Shown in pieces: positions 1-12,692 of a DNA stretch of 64,000 bases. Numbering within the stretch: position 1 is the stretch's first letter; each line of letters begins with the position of its first letter. This stretch comes from Eledone cirrhosa (lineage: Eukaryota): assembly GCA_964016885.1 (NCBI GenBank), contig OZ024744.1, forward strand, positions 86,490,001 to 86,554,000, written 5' to 3'. A program made the position numbers and the translations under genes. Under the pieces are notes generated by a model. That model saw nothing but the letters and a program-made list of their open reading frames with translations, was not told where the DNA came from and did no database searches.

Positions 1-3000
1 CCCCTTCAAAAACAAAATTCAGAGGAAAACAAATAAACTATCAAACAAAAAAGTTAGGACAGCTATGCCACCATCCACACCAGCATCACCAACCCCATCA
101 CCACAAACACCAACACCATCACCATCATTAACCCCAGCACCACCATCACCAACACCACAAAAGTCACCAAAAAGCGTAACAGAAACAAACCCACAACAAA
201 CGCAATCAAAACAAAACAACCAAAACGATACACACTACACAGCATTAAATTTGAACAACAATACAATTATTACACTACATCCAACACAACACCAGCATCA
301 CAGAAAAAGACTACACAACAACCCAAATGTTCACACCACCTCCACACATACAAATCACACGCATCACACAGAAAACGACACTAAAACAATAATTAGTACA
401 CGACACTAAAACAATAATTCCCCAAAGACATCGGAGACTTCCGACAAAAACACTCCAGGAGGATTTATAAGGACATCCTTCCGGAGGAGGCCACAAGCAG
501 TGAAAAGGATGGAAAAACCGTCCTTCCTCTACGAGAAGTAAGGTAAGTGGTCTTTCCCATCTTTTCCACTCCATTTCAACATGACCTCACTCAGAATAGG
601 CAGCATAAATGCGCGTGGCTTGGGGTCGTCATGGAAGCAGGGCCACTTGCTCAACGACCTCAGGTCACTAAACATAGATGTAGTGGCCATCAGCGAGACC
701 AGAATCTCCGAAGAAGGGGCCTTCGCATCAATCTTCGACGGCTACGATGTGTTCGCATCTCCCAGCCTTCCGGGATCGGGGGGAGGTATTGCTGTGCTTT
801 TTCGGAGAGGTTTCGATCACGCCAATCGGGCCATCTTCCTGGACCCAGAAGGTAAGTTGGTGGTGCTGGACGTGACCAGCTGAGACGGGAAAGCTTTCAG
901 ACTAGTGGCAGTCTATGCGCCGACAGGAGCAGGGCGGCCTGATTTCTTCTGGCGTCTGGAGACCTTTCTTGGAACGTCCCGCTCTTTAGTGTTAGTGAGC
1001 GACTGGAACGGGATCTTAGATGCACGCTGGGACTGTGTGGGATTAGCGGATAGGGGAGGAGGCTGCAAGAGCCTCACCAACCTGCTCATGCATTTTGAAC
1101 TGTCTGCCAGGTACCGATTGGATATCCCGAATGTGGACTTGGACAAATCGCATAGGGTCATCCAGATCATATCTAGATAGAGTATTTTGTAGGGAAATAG
1201 ATAGGTCTAGCATAGGCTGTCTACAATTCAAGATAGTCAGCTACACGGACCACAAATTCGTGATCTGTGTGCTTGACTTAGATAGGTTTCATAGACGAGG
1301 ACCCGGCTACTGGAAACTAAACGCGTCCTTACAAGCGCGCAAGGCCTACAGAGAACGGATCAGCGAACTAGTTAAGCGGGCGTTGACGGGGGCCATCGTC
1401 AACAACATGTGGTGATTTGCTCTGAAAAGAGCGATTAGAATAGAGTCCATTAGGTTTAGTAAGACTTTAGCAATAGAGAAAAATAGAGCAGAGGGAGAAC
1501 TAGTTAGAAAAGTAGACGAGGCGCTTAGCAAAGACATCGCGACCGACATACTTGCGGCGAAATTGGCCCTTGACCAATTCTTCAATTCAAAGCACGAAGG
1601 CTGCGTTGTCAGAGCTAGGGTGAGTGCTCTCAGACACGAGGGGAGGAAAGCCGTTGAATGGGCCCGAGTGGCGGAGGCGCGTCGTGGCTACAAAGCCACG
1701 ATCCGGTCTATCGTGGACCACGACGGGCGCATGCTACTCGATCACGGGCAAATGTGTGAAGTTTTCAGCGACACTTCGCACAGCTGTTCGGGGTCATCGG
1801 CGGGCCGGGTAGAGGGAACGACTTTAGTGTCTACCTCGATGGACTGCCGCGGCTCTCGGCCACTGAGACGGAGTACTACTACGAAAAGCCGATAACAGCT
1901 GCTGAAATACGGGAGGCAATGATTGGCTGCATAACGGGTAAATCGCCTGGCTTGGATGGTCTGCCCTATGAACTTTACGTACATATGCCAGACTTGTTCG
2001 GAGGCCTCTTGGCGGACGTCTACTGCAACTGGCAACAGAACAGGAGAATTCCCAGCTCTGTGAGCCGAGGAGCTGTGGCGCTGCTGAGGAAGGATCCGAA
2101 CAAGGGGGATAACATAGATAATTTCAGACCCATGACTCTGCTAAACACAGAGTTCAAGATTTTGGCCAAGGTGTTAGCAAAGAGGTTGGCGCTGGTAGGA
2201 GAGGCGCAGACATGCGCCATTCGCGACAGATCCATCCACGACAACCTCCACCTCATGCGATACATCGTAGAGAGGGTAGCTAGGGAACCTGGCACGGGTG
2301 GGTCCTTGATCAATTTAGATCAGTCGAAAGCTTTGATATGGTCGACCACCGTTATCTAACGGCAGTCCTGAGGGCGGCTGGCTTTGGGCCCGTCTTCAGA
2401 GGCTGGATCGCTGCCATGCACAGCGACATCTGCTCTGTGGTGAGAGTCAACAGTCACCTTTCGGAACCGTTCAAATTCATGCGCTCGGTCCGCTAAGGGT
2501 GTCTCCTTCCGTCCCTCTTGTAGGTATGGACTCTAGAGCCTTTACTGCACAAACTGGAGACGTTGAGGGGGGTCCCGCGTGAACTAGGATGCGGAAGATC
2601 CGTGTCAGCATATGCCGACGATGTCATCGTAGTGGTGTCGAACGCCAAACACATCGAGGCCATCGGCACTACACTAAGAGAATACGAAGCGGTGACAGGA
2701 GCAATGATCAACCAGGAAAAGTCAGTGGGCCTGCAGCTCGGCACCTGGAGAGGCAGGTCCATGCCGTCCAACAGCGTCGTCGGACGCTGGACGGACGGAC
2801 CGGTTAAATTGCTAGGTGTCTGGTTCGGTCCGGATCTCCAGACGGACAAAAACTGGGACGAGGTGACGAGCAGGGTGGCTTCTCTCACCCAGAAATGGAC
2901 GGAGAGGAAGCTATCCCTGAAAGGTCGAGCGGAGGTGGCTAACGCGTACATCGCGTACGTCATCTACTACCGACTGACCGTCGTACCTTGTCCTAACCCC

Positions 3001-4230
3001 CGCCTGAATGCGATGGATCGTTTGCTCTTTCGCTTTTTTTGGAAGGGACGCGCTCCGATTATCAGCCGGGCCATCTGCTGTCAACACCCGCTACGTGGAG
3101 GGCTGGGCGTGCCGTGGCTGATGATGTGAAGACACGCGCTCAGGCTACGACATCTCCACCTCTTTCTCGACGGTGATCAGGTGTGGTCGCCGTTTGCTAG
3201 ACGCGTCTTTCTCCAGCCTCGTCTCCTTGACGGAGCTACAGTCTTGGGTCAAGCGAAGACCGAGAGGGAGCGCTTGGAGACTGGAATGTCTTCAGGCGCT
3301 CACTGCCCTCAACCAATCGGGCAATGTGATCGGTGGAAACTCCACCTTGGCATTCTATAGAGGATTAGTGGAAAGGATGAGCGAAGAAGTACTTAGGGGA
3401 AACTCTAGGCGTCGACGAAAATCAACTAGCCAATCTCTTCGGAAGAACTTTCTGGCCGAGGCCTACGGACAACTCTCAGAAATCTCTGGCCTGGCAGTGC
3501 TACGGAGGACCTTTGCCAGTTCGGGATAAACTCTACAGGCATGGTGGTGCAGTCAGCCGGGCATGTCCGAGATGCGCGCAGGGCGACGAAACCGTCCTGC
3601 ACGCACTCGTCCAGTGTCCGAGCATTGCTGAATTGTGGGTTTATGTCAAACACCTGCTGTCCCGTGTAGGACGGATCCAGCTATCAGCTGAGTCCATCGT
3701 GAGGATTGCCCCGCCTTCTTCCTTTAGCCGGGAAGGGCAGCCAATTTTTATCTGTCTGGTGGCCATGGTGAAAGAGATAGTATGGTGGACACGTTTGAAA
3801 GGGCTGAAGACGAGCACTTACCTCTTCAGTGATGCCCTGATTAACTTTTTCAAATTTCATTTTAAAAGGAAAATCAGGGTAGAGAGGGAAGTGCTCTCTT
3901 CTCAGCATTTTATTGAAAGATGGGTGACAGAGGCAAGAATGGCCCGAGTGAATGGGCCTACTCTGAGTATGTGTCTGTAAATTAAAGGTGGAAAACTGGG
4001 AGAGGGTACTTGCCCTGGTGGTCAGGGTCACTGTGGCTTTTTAATTGGCTTTCTCCACGAATGACCCAGAGAAGTCTCCCCCCTATTGGGGAATTTTTTC
4101 ATTGTTCTATTATTACACCTCTGTTTTTTTGTGTTTTTACATGCAGAAATGCCCTTTTGTACCGCCCTGTATTGTCCTGTACTGTCCTTAATGTCTACTT
4201 TGTGAAAAGCCTTGTGGTTAATAAAGAAAG

Positions 4231-4231
<1 letters not shown>
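1..4231 (+). mobile_element. Tx1/L1-clade non-LTR retrotransposon (ORF1 tail, ORF2, 3' UTR), running off the left edge and ending in (ATT)n
   Basis: APE endonuclease motifs (IGSINARGL, ISET, VYAP, TDHK), RT motifs (KSPGLDG, NFRPMTLLN, YADD), C-terminal CPRC..ETVLHALVQC; AATAAA then (ATT)n. Confidence 0.93.
581..3980 (+). pseudogene. Tx1-like ORF2 (APE endonuclease + reverse transcriptase + zinc-binding domain), multiple stops and frameshifts
   Basis: Collinear ORF fragments 581-883, 905-1180, 1095-1415, 1563-1895, 1919-2359, 2563-3129, 3513-3980. Confidence 0.92.
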
Positions 4232-4270
<39 letters not shown>

Positions 4271-4271
<1 letters not shown>

Positions 4272-4690
4272 TTTGAGTCTCAGTCATTGATGTTAGTTAA
4301 CTGGAAAGTCTGTTGAAATGAATATCAAGCCACTACCTGCAGCCTCAGATATTCAGGACGTATCGGAGGGTTCTTGCTGTTCCCAGCAAGCATGCCTTTT
4401 GAAGCGTTCCAAAAAGCGTGAATGGGCCAATTTTCTTTAACCATCCGTGGAAACTTGTTGATATAGTCCCTAGTGCGCCTATGACAATCGGGATCACTTT
4501 GACTTCATGGCAGTTCCAAATTCTTTTTACCTCCCACTTTAAGTCCTGGTATCGGTTAATTTTCTCCCTCTCCGGAGCCATTAACATTCCTTCTGTAGCC
4601 TTTTTAAGGTCTCCTCTTTTCAACCAGTTCCCTGTCTGTGGATATCTAAATTCAGTTTTCTCAAAGAAGGTACTATGAAGAGATTTTTCC

Positions 4691-4691
<1 letters not shown>
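4271..4691 (-). mobile_element. R4/Dong-like RLE non-LTR retrotransposon 3' fragment with internal deletion, bracketed by (TAA)n
   Basis: [17 protein letters not shown] joined to EKINRYQDLKWEVKRIW..VIPIVIGALG..LQKACLLGTARTLR. Confidence 0.85.
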
Positions 4692-4750
<59 letters not shown>

Positions 4751-4784
4751 ATATATATATACATTTTATATATATATATATATA

Positions 4785-4845
4785 TAAATGCAAGTATGTA
4801 TGTATACGTACATACATATATGTATACAGACGTACAGTAGCATGC

Positions 4846-4920
<75 letters not shown>

Positions 4921-5272
4921 CAGGTACACATTTTATTACAACTCATCGTTTTCGGTGCGCCTGACCGATTTAACTCACTCGATATGCAAATTAGGCTGTT
5001 CAGCCGTTAATTTTCATAAGGAAAGTATATACTTTCGAACGTTCAACCATCTGGCAGAAGGGTATACGGTGCTGATGATAGCTAACAAGCTTGAAACTAG
5101 TACATCGTTCCTGTGTCAGTGTTGAACAAAAAGGTGACGTGGTTGCCTTAACACCGTACGGCATAAAATTCAGGCTGTTGAGTTTGTTTACAAACGAACA
5201 AAGCGGGCGCTATAATAAGCATCCGCTAAACTGATACGTACATATATGTATGTGTACCTGTATGTATATATC

Positions 5273-5320
<48 letters not shown>

Positions 5321-5430
5321 TGCTACTGTACGTCTGTATACATATATGTATGTACGTATACATACATACTTGCATTTAAGTAAGTGGCGTATTAAGAGTG
5401 AGAAATGAAATTTCGTTTTCATTTTATTAC

Positions 5431-5434
<4 letters not shown>
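4785..5434 (+). mobile_element. Non-coding HHR element family A: inverted fragment plus one permuted monomer
   Basis: Terminal direct repeat CATTTTATTACAACT at 4929 and 5420; 4785-4930 is the reverse complement of about 5251-5378; homologous to 35470-36265. Confidence 0.85.
5066..5108 (+). ncRNA. Minimal type I hammerhead ribozyme (family A)
   Basis: ACGGTG-CTGATGA-TAGCT aaca AGCTT-GAAA-CTAG-TA-CATCGT; palindromic stem III ACTAGT. Confidence 0.85.
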
Positions 5435-5514
<80 letters not shown>

Positions 5515-5532
5515 TACGTATATATATATATA

Positions 5533-6577
5533 CTACCAGTTTAGGCCGGCGTTTCTCGGGTTTGTTCATTTGTTATGAAAAGTTACATACAGGTAAACGT
5601 GGCTTTAAAGCGAATAAGATTATCAATTAAGTGCATAAAGCTGTTGAACCTGTTATTAAAAGTTACGAACCAATCAGCATTTTGGACAATCAATGATGGG
5701 TTAATAATCTTCCACTACCGAATTTAGCAGACCAAAGTTGCAAGATGGTGGTCCTGATGCCGCTGGGTGTTAGATCCGTCCGCCATGAGTGACCCTACCA
5801 GGAAATATTTCTCCAGACGGCATAGCTCCAACACCTCCAACACCTGCACCAACATATATAGTACCTCTTTGTAGATGTCATCCCTTGAGGAGTGTAAGCA
5901 AAAAGTCAATACCTGCTCCCTACGCGGGAACAGGCAACATAACGTTGGCCATGGGAGAAGCATGGCTCCCCAAAATGGATGCCCGCCACTGGCAATGTTT
6001 GCCCTTGACCTGTTAATGGACATGGCAAAACATGGTCTCACTGGGAATTGGGATCGCCGGAAATCGAACGGGATATCGGACGCCGAGGGGAAAAGGTTCA
6101 TCCTTGGCAGTGTATTCGGCAGAATTGCCAGAAGTACAACACTATGGGTATTGTCATATTAATATTTAACCAATATTTATCGTAAGAAATAAATAATTTA
6201 AACATTCCGATTCATATGTCTATAGCATTAATCTGTTATATGAAGTGTTATTTTGCGGGTTGTTATTTGCAATAAGCCAATTTAAAATGCCCCAGAAAAG
6301 CCGAATGTCAATACGGAACTCCAATGACTCCCCAGCAGTTAATTTATAGAGAGGGGGAATAATGTATTATAGAGAGAGGGGAGAGCGATGGAGAGAGTAA
6401 AGCTAAGAAACTATAGGGAGGTTTGTAAAACAGTGTTCTCATATAGAGAGTGAAGAGCGACAGATAGTGTAAAGCAGTTAAATTATAGAGAGGGGGAGTT
6501 ATCTATTATAAAGAGGGGGAATGATCTATTATAGACAGAGGGTAGAGCGACGGAGAGAGTAAAGCTACGAAACTATC

Positions 6578-6580
<3 letters not shown>
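5533..6580 (-). mobile_element. Helitron, internally deleted
   Basis: Pif1 helicase C-terminus; degenerate 3' hairpin and CTAG-like end near 5533-5560; flanked by (TA)n. Confidence 0.75.
5858..6150 (-). pseudogene. Helitron Pif1-type helicase C-terminal fragment
   Basis: LPRMNLFPSASDIPFDFRRSQFPVRPCFAMSINRS, then frameshifted FSHGQ.YVACSRV and KEVL. Confidence 0.88.
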
Positions 6581-6609
<29 letters not shown>

Positions 6610-6612
<3 letters not shown>

Positions 6613-6865
6613 ATTAAAATAATTGATTAAAGTTCAAGCAAAGGACCGCTGCTTTCGCCCTTAACGAAATATTTACTTCTGCGTTCACAGATTGTTTTTT
6701 TCTTACTTACAGAAGATCGCGTTAAGAGTGGAAGCAGCGATTCTTTGGTTAAACTTTAATCTGTTATTTTAATAAATATATGCTCTAGGGTTCTTATATA
6801 TTGGATATATATTTATCCTTATCGAGCCCTCTTTGGAATTTAGTCTTCACATTTATTATTATTTC

Positions 6866-6870
<5 letters not shown>
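6610..6870. repeat. Fold-back fragment of Naiad pLTR (family D)
   Basis: Inverted arms; matches 24640-24812, 39060-39198, 50062-50260, 52280-52395. Confidence 0.7.
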
Positions 6871-6899
<29 letters not shown>

Positions 6900-6904
6900 G
6901 GGAA

Positions 6905-7270
6905 ATGTTTAACCCCGACGGCAGAGCTCAAGTCCTTTCGACGGCTATTTCTTTCAAACATGACATATTTCTTTCTTATAGTTTTGTATAGGGAATTGGA
7001 TTCTTAGCTGCTTCCATAGAATTCCTCTTTTGCATTTTTTTTCTCGTCGAAACGGCTTGGGCTCTGCCGTCGGGGTTAAACTTTACTCTAAGATGTGGTC
7101 ATTGGCGTAGAGTATTTCCAGGGCTTCAGCGGCGAAGAGGTCACATGGTCTTTTATTTCCATTATACGATCTAGCCTTAGCCAGCATCTCCCAGTGTAAC
7201 CTATATTGGGTGTGGTTGTACTATGGTGTGTTATGGTCCATTTGGTTCCTTACCACACTTCCTTCGTTAA
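6905..7270 (+). mobile_element. Family B fold-back element (3' half of an HHR) with an embedded Naiad endonuclease fragment (about 7088-7219, minus strand)
   Basis: GTC-GAAA-CGGC..GCCG-TC-GGGGT with an inverted copy; the insert matches about 51080-51210. Confidence 0.75.
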
Positions 7271-7275
7271 ATATA

Positions 7276-7963
7276 CAGGGTGTCCCAAAAGATTGACATC
7301 ATTTCGCAGGCCAATAATTTTGGCAATTCTTGTTAAAATAATCTTAAATTTTCACAGAATGTATAGAAACAGATCAAGATTTTATATTTATTGTTTTATA
7401 TTTTTATCTTTTCAGGTTGAGAAATGCCGTTCACTTCCAAAGAAAGGTCATTTTGCGTCTTGGAATATGCTCGAATAGAGCCACCCAAGATTGTGCAGTG
7501 TGCCTTCAATGCAAAATTTGGAAAAAAGTCACCAACTGGCAAACAGTATCCTCAGGATACGCCAAACCGTCATCGAGGAATTTGGGTTTCCAAACTTGTT
7601 CTCCTTACGGACTTCGTGGGGCTTCGCAAGAGTTTTTCACGAACTTGCTCGACCTTGCTCGAACTTGCTCGAACTTGCTCGACCTTCTCTGATGTTGATG
7701 GTGGTCTTCCAGATCTTTTAACCCTTCATAAGCAGCCTTCCTCTTTAAATTTTTGTTACCATGTCCAACTGTATTTGCCAGTTGGTGACTTTTTTCCAAA
7801 TTTTGCATTGAGTGACTGTGTTCGAGCATATTCCAAGACGCAAAATGACTTTTATTTGGAAGTGAACGGCATTTCTCAACCTGAAAAGAGAAAAATATAA
7901 AATATTAAATATAAAATCTTGATCTGTTTCTGTACATTCTGTGAAAATTTGAGGTTATTTCAA
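7276..7963. mobile_element. Tc1/mariner-derived fold-back: two inverted 5' transposon ends with an N-terminal HTH (DUF4817-like) fragment
   Basis: TA-CAGGGTGTCCC terminus; MPFTSKERSFCVLEYAR..AFNAKFGKKSPTGK on plus and a matching copy on minus. Confidence 0.75.
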
Positions 7964-9437
7964 CAAGTAGAGGTTGGAATTTGTTAATGAAGTACGTTTC
8001 CTTATTGGTACGATGGATGAAAAAGCATTGTGTATGAATTTGTAAATGGGGAAACATTTTTAAGTTTGGATTTTGGTTAGGTGTACAATTGGCGATATGT
8101 TTACTAAAAGCAATCTTTCTGTATTCCTGTATTTTGATTTGTGATTTATGGACGGTCATACGTGGTCGGAGCCTGTTTTTGTCTGTCTTATGCAGTGTTC
8201 TCGACAACCTCAGCAGGTCAAAACATAGATTAGGTTTTCAGATGCACATGTAAAGTTGTGCTTAACTGTGAAATGTTGTCCTTGTTTAAAGTGGAATGTT
8301 GAACCTTCTATTAGATTTATGAATATACTACAGTTGGGCCTTCCGCATTTTTTTACTGTAGGGTTCATTGTGAGGGTCGGTTGGATTTTGGCTTGTGGAT
8401 TTAGGTTGTCTTTTGCTCTTTATGATGTGTGTTTGGAGGATCTTGTACATTCCTGGGTCTCTTTTTAGTAAAGGAATGTTGTGGAGGATGGTGTCGAATG
8501 CCTCATTGTTGAGGGGGTTGTGCGTGGAAATGTATGGTAGAGTTTTCTGTTTCGGTTCATTCCTGGGTTTGGGGTGTCTGAGTTCTTAGATGTTGAGTTT
8601 TAGGGCACGTTGGAATCCATTGTTGATTAGGGATGGTGGGTAGTTTCTGCTGATAAGTGTGTTCTTTAATTCTTCTAGTCGTGTGTATCATGTGTATTTA
8701 TCTGAGACTATTGTGCAGATCCTTCCGGCTAGGTTATAAGGAATTGCCATTTTGGTATGGTGAGGGTGGCACGAGTTGAATGGAAGATATTGTTTGTAGT
8801 CTGTGGGTTTGTAGTATATGTCTGTTTCTATTTTGTTGTTTGTTTTCTTGATGAGGATGTCGAGGAAAGGGAGTTGTTCATGGCTGTAATCCATTGTAAA
8901 TTGTAAGTTAGTGTTGAGCTCATTCAGAAGGGTTTTAAACTCAATCAGTCTATCTATACTTTCATGCCAGAGGATGAAGCAGTCGTCCATATATCTCTTC
9001 CAGTTCTTTTCTATGTGTTGGCAGAAGTGGTTGCCGTATTTGTCTAGAACTTTGCGGTAGAGAGTGGTTTCCAAATATCCCATGACAAGGTTGGCGTATG
9101 AGGGAGCTACTTTCGTGCCCATGGCAGTCCCAGATTTCTGTCTGTAGTTTTTGGCATCGAATTCGAAGAAGTTGTTTTCCAAGATGAACTTGAGTCCCTC
9201 AAACACACATTCTTTAGGGATGCGCTGTGTAAGTTCAGTAGGGGAATTTTCAAGCCAGAATTGTATTGCCTCTATACCTAGGTTGTGTGGGATATTGGAA
9301 TATAGATTGATGACATCAAAGGTTACTAGTAGGGTATGTTCATTATTAAGTGTTTTAGGAAAGGTTTAAGCAGAATATATAGGAAGTTGCTTAGGTGATG
9401 GGTTTCACATGTGGTACCTGCTATTATGGGTCTTAAT
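7964..9437 (-). mobile_element. Penelope-like element, Neptune type (RT + GIY-YIG endonuclease), degraded
   Basis: GTAMGTKVAPSYANL, WKRYMDDCF, LPFLD, YYKPTD..YLPFNSCHP; downstream FTCASENLIYVLTC and RLRPRMTVHKSQI. Confidence 0.88.
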
Positions 9438-9455
9438 TTAAGGTCATCAGGAGTG

Positions 9456-9531
<76 letters not shown>

Positions 9532-9948
9532 CATATATATATATATATAACGAATTAAATAAAATTCAATTGAAGAATTTGGCAGTGAATTGTCATCCAA
9601 TTTTTATTAAAAGTAGATTCGTCTGACATATTTGATAACTAAAACGATTACAATCTGATAAAGCATAACGAAGTTTTCTTGCATGCAGATTGTCTTTACA
9701 TTATTAGTCTATGCAGTGTGTGTGTGTACGTTTGTGTATATGTGCGTGTGGGCTTGTCTTAAATTTGTTTTGTTGCGTTTAATTTATTTTCCCTTCTTAA
9801 CATGTTTTCTTTTATTTTTACCTCTAGTTTAATATTTGGATAGGATATTTTCTGCACGCAAAATATATATTTGTTTGTAAATATAGTTATGTCTTCCTGA
9901 TAATGATGATGATGATGATGATGATAAAATTAATAATGATAGTAGCAT

Positions 9949-10002
<54 letters not shown>

Positions 10003-10623
10003 AAGAAGTAGTAGTATTGATGGTGATTTCCTTTATTTTGCTATATGTATGATGGTTACCGTGCCATTGCAAAAAATGAAAAAAAAAATGCAAAAGAGGA
10101 ATTGTATTGAAGCTGCTCAGAAAGCAATTGCCTATACAAAACTATAAGAAAGAACTATGTCATGTTTGAGAGAAAGAGAGAAGGCGGTGGTGAGAATTAA
10201 ATAAATAAATGACTGAATAAATAAATAAATGAATGATGCGAATGAGAGCGATAGTAAGAGAGATTTTGTGATTCAATAAGGGACCTATACATAGATTATA
10301 TGCTGCTCTCTTTGCTTAACTAAATATGCTCTTCCAAAGTACAGCTAAGACCTACGGCCGTGTATTTAGAACTGTCTTACTCATTCATACGCTCACCCTT
10401 TCTTGTATTTTGAAAGCTTTACGTTTTGGCAGCACTTCACTCTACAGCTTTAGCTTCTTCATATTGAAGTAACACCCCAAAGACATATCGCTCTCCTCGA
10501 AACTCAAAACGTTTAGAAAACTATCATTATCTTGATATAATTAACCCAAAGATTCTACATCACAACACGGTTTTAACTACTACACTATTCACAAACATTT
10601 CAGAAAACATTATATGATATCTT

Positions 10624-10824
10624 AGCGGTGGATTGGCAGTATCGGTAGAAGGTCGGACGCCATGCTTTGAAGCATAGAGTTATGTCCCTTTACGGTCTGA
10701 GTTCAAATCCTGCCGAGGTTAATTTCGCCTTTCATCCTTACGGGGTTGATAAAATAAAGTGTCAGTAATGCACTGGGATAATTGCTGGCCTTGTGCCAAA
10801 AGTAGAAACAATAGAAACAATTAT
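10624..10824 (+). mobile_element. tRNA-derived SINE (octopod-type)
   Basis: A-box-like TGGCAGTATCGG, B-box GTTCAAATCC, core GCCTTTCATCCTTACGGGGT; about 11 copies in the window. Confidence 0.85.
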
Positions 10825-11469
10825 ATGAGATCTCCAAGAGGAATACTTTAGTCCAGGGGTTCCCAACCTTTTTCTTTTTTGCGTCTTTGTACACTTTCAA
10901 ATGGAAAAAAATTTTCACCACCCACCTTTATAGTAAATATTCAGAAGCATACAAAAATTGTTTGTTAAAAGTTACTGGTTCGTTATTCTCATTTAGCCTC
11001 CTGCTTTTTGTACAGGTTGTTTGCATAACTCTTTTGAATATTTCTTTTTGGGTAGCATATGTTGAAATACCTTCTTGATATTCAAAGTTCTATATTGTCC
11101 ACCAAAATTTCCAATCGCCCATATTTTCTACTCAGTTACTCATCGCCCGCCCAACAGTTGAAATCGCCCACCAATGAGCCATATCGCTTAGCTTAGGAAA
11201 CCCTGCTCTAATCTAAAGGAGATCTAATATGAACAAAGCGTGTCCATTACTTTCACCAGGTTGATTAAATAGACGAGGTCTACTCCTACAATATTTTCTA
11301 AAATTGTTCTAGAAAAGCATGATTCATATTAAGCTATAGCAGTTTTCTCCATTACTTACGTTCCATGATCTGAGCGTATCTCTAAATTACATAGTCTTAG
11401 TTGAATGAAGTGTTTTCTCGCTAAACAATAGTTAAAATTTGAGATTCCATTTGTATGCATCTGATTATG

Positions 11470-11740
11470 CATGTTTTTTAATTTTATATATTTTGACCAA
11501 TACAGAGAGAGCCGGTTTCTAACAGAAAAAATACTCTTTCATTACAATTACCATGAATTAGGTACATAGGGATGTTTGTCTGTGTGTAATTGTTCAGGCG
11601 TAGATGTTACTGCATGCATGTTTTGAGTTATACGTGTACACGTGCACATGTCCCTGTATCTATACTTGTGTATATGCAGTTATTAAATGGTGAATTTCTA
11701 TAATGTCTTATATAATTTTACAGTTCCATTAATATTATAA
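11470..11740 (-). mobile_element. 3' UTR fragment of an R4-like LINE
   Basis: Similar to 33001-33290. Confidence 0.55.
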
Positions 11741-11827
11741 TTATACTGAATCTCCATCGTAACTACAAACTACAAATGTCGAGAGCTTTCTCCTGCTTGC
11801 TCCTGTTTTTACCAAAACAATCTCTTC

Positions 11828-11881
<54 letters not shown>

Positions 11882-12219
11882 TGTATATATATATATATAT
11901 ATATATTTGTGTGTGTGTGCATGTCAGTCTATGTGTGTTTGTATGTGTATGATTCTGTGCATGTTTGCAAGTGGATATGTGTTCACATATGTATGAATTC
12001 TTGCATGTCCTCTCTTTTTCCTTTAGTGGCAAATGTCTTTCCTATTTCAGTAATTCTTTTATGTTACTTCGAGTCGCAGGAAGCAACATGAAATAACACT
12101 CAGTGTAAAAAAAAGTCAAAGAAATTTTATTTGATCGATGTTTTTCCTCGTGTCATGAGCTGAAATGTCCTTGTGAAGAGGTCAATTCGTGCCATGAACT
12201 CTGTGTATTTGCCACCTGC

Positions 12220-12282
<63 letters not shown>

Positions 12283-12475
12283 GGAGTTAGATAGATAGAT
12301 TTGTGTGTGTGTGTCTGTGTGTATATTTGTGTGTGTGTGTGTTTCTGTGTATTTGTGTGTGTGTGTATAAACATTTGAAGGAATGGCAGATAAAGAAATA
12401 AAATAGGTGCAAGAGGAAGAAGTGGAGTAAAAAGAACTACTTCTACTACTACTACTACTACTACTACTACTATTA

Positions 12476-12692
12476 ATGATTTCTAGGATATGCACAAGGC
12501 CAGTAATTTGGGGGTAGGGGAAAGTCGATTAAATCGACCCCGTACGTTACTGGTGCTTTATTTCATCGATCCCGTAAAGATGAAAGGCAAAGTTAACCTC
12601 GGCAGAATTTGAACTCAGACCGTAAAGGGCCGTAACTCTATGCTGCAAAGCATGGTGTCCGACTCTCTAAGGGTGCTATCAATCCACCGCCC
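12476..12692 (-). mobile_element. tRNA-derived SINE
   Basis: Reverse-complement match to the family; a partial copy follows at 12724-12824. Confidence 0.85.

Noticed and set aside
4994-5037. Possible second HHR in family A (GAAAGTATATACTTTC palindrome)
   Set aside because: No CUGANGA core in any of the three copies
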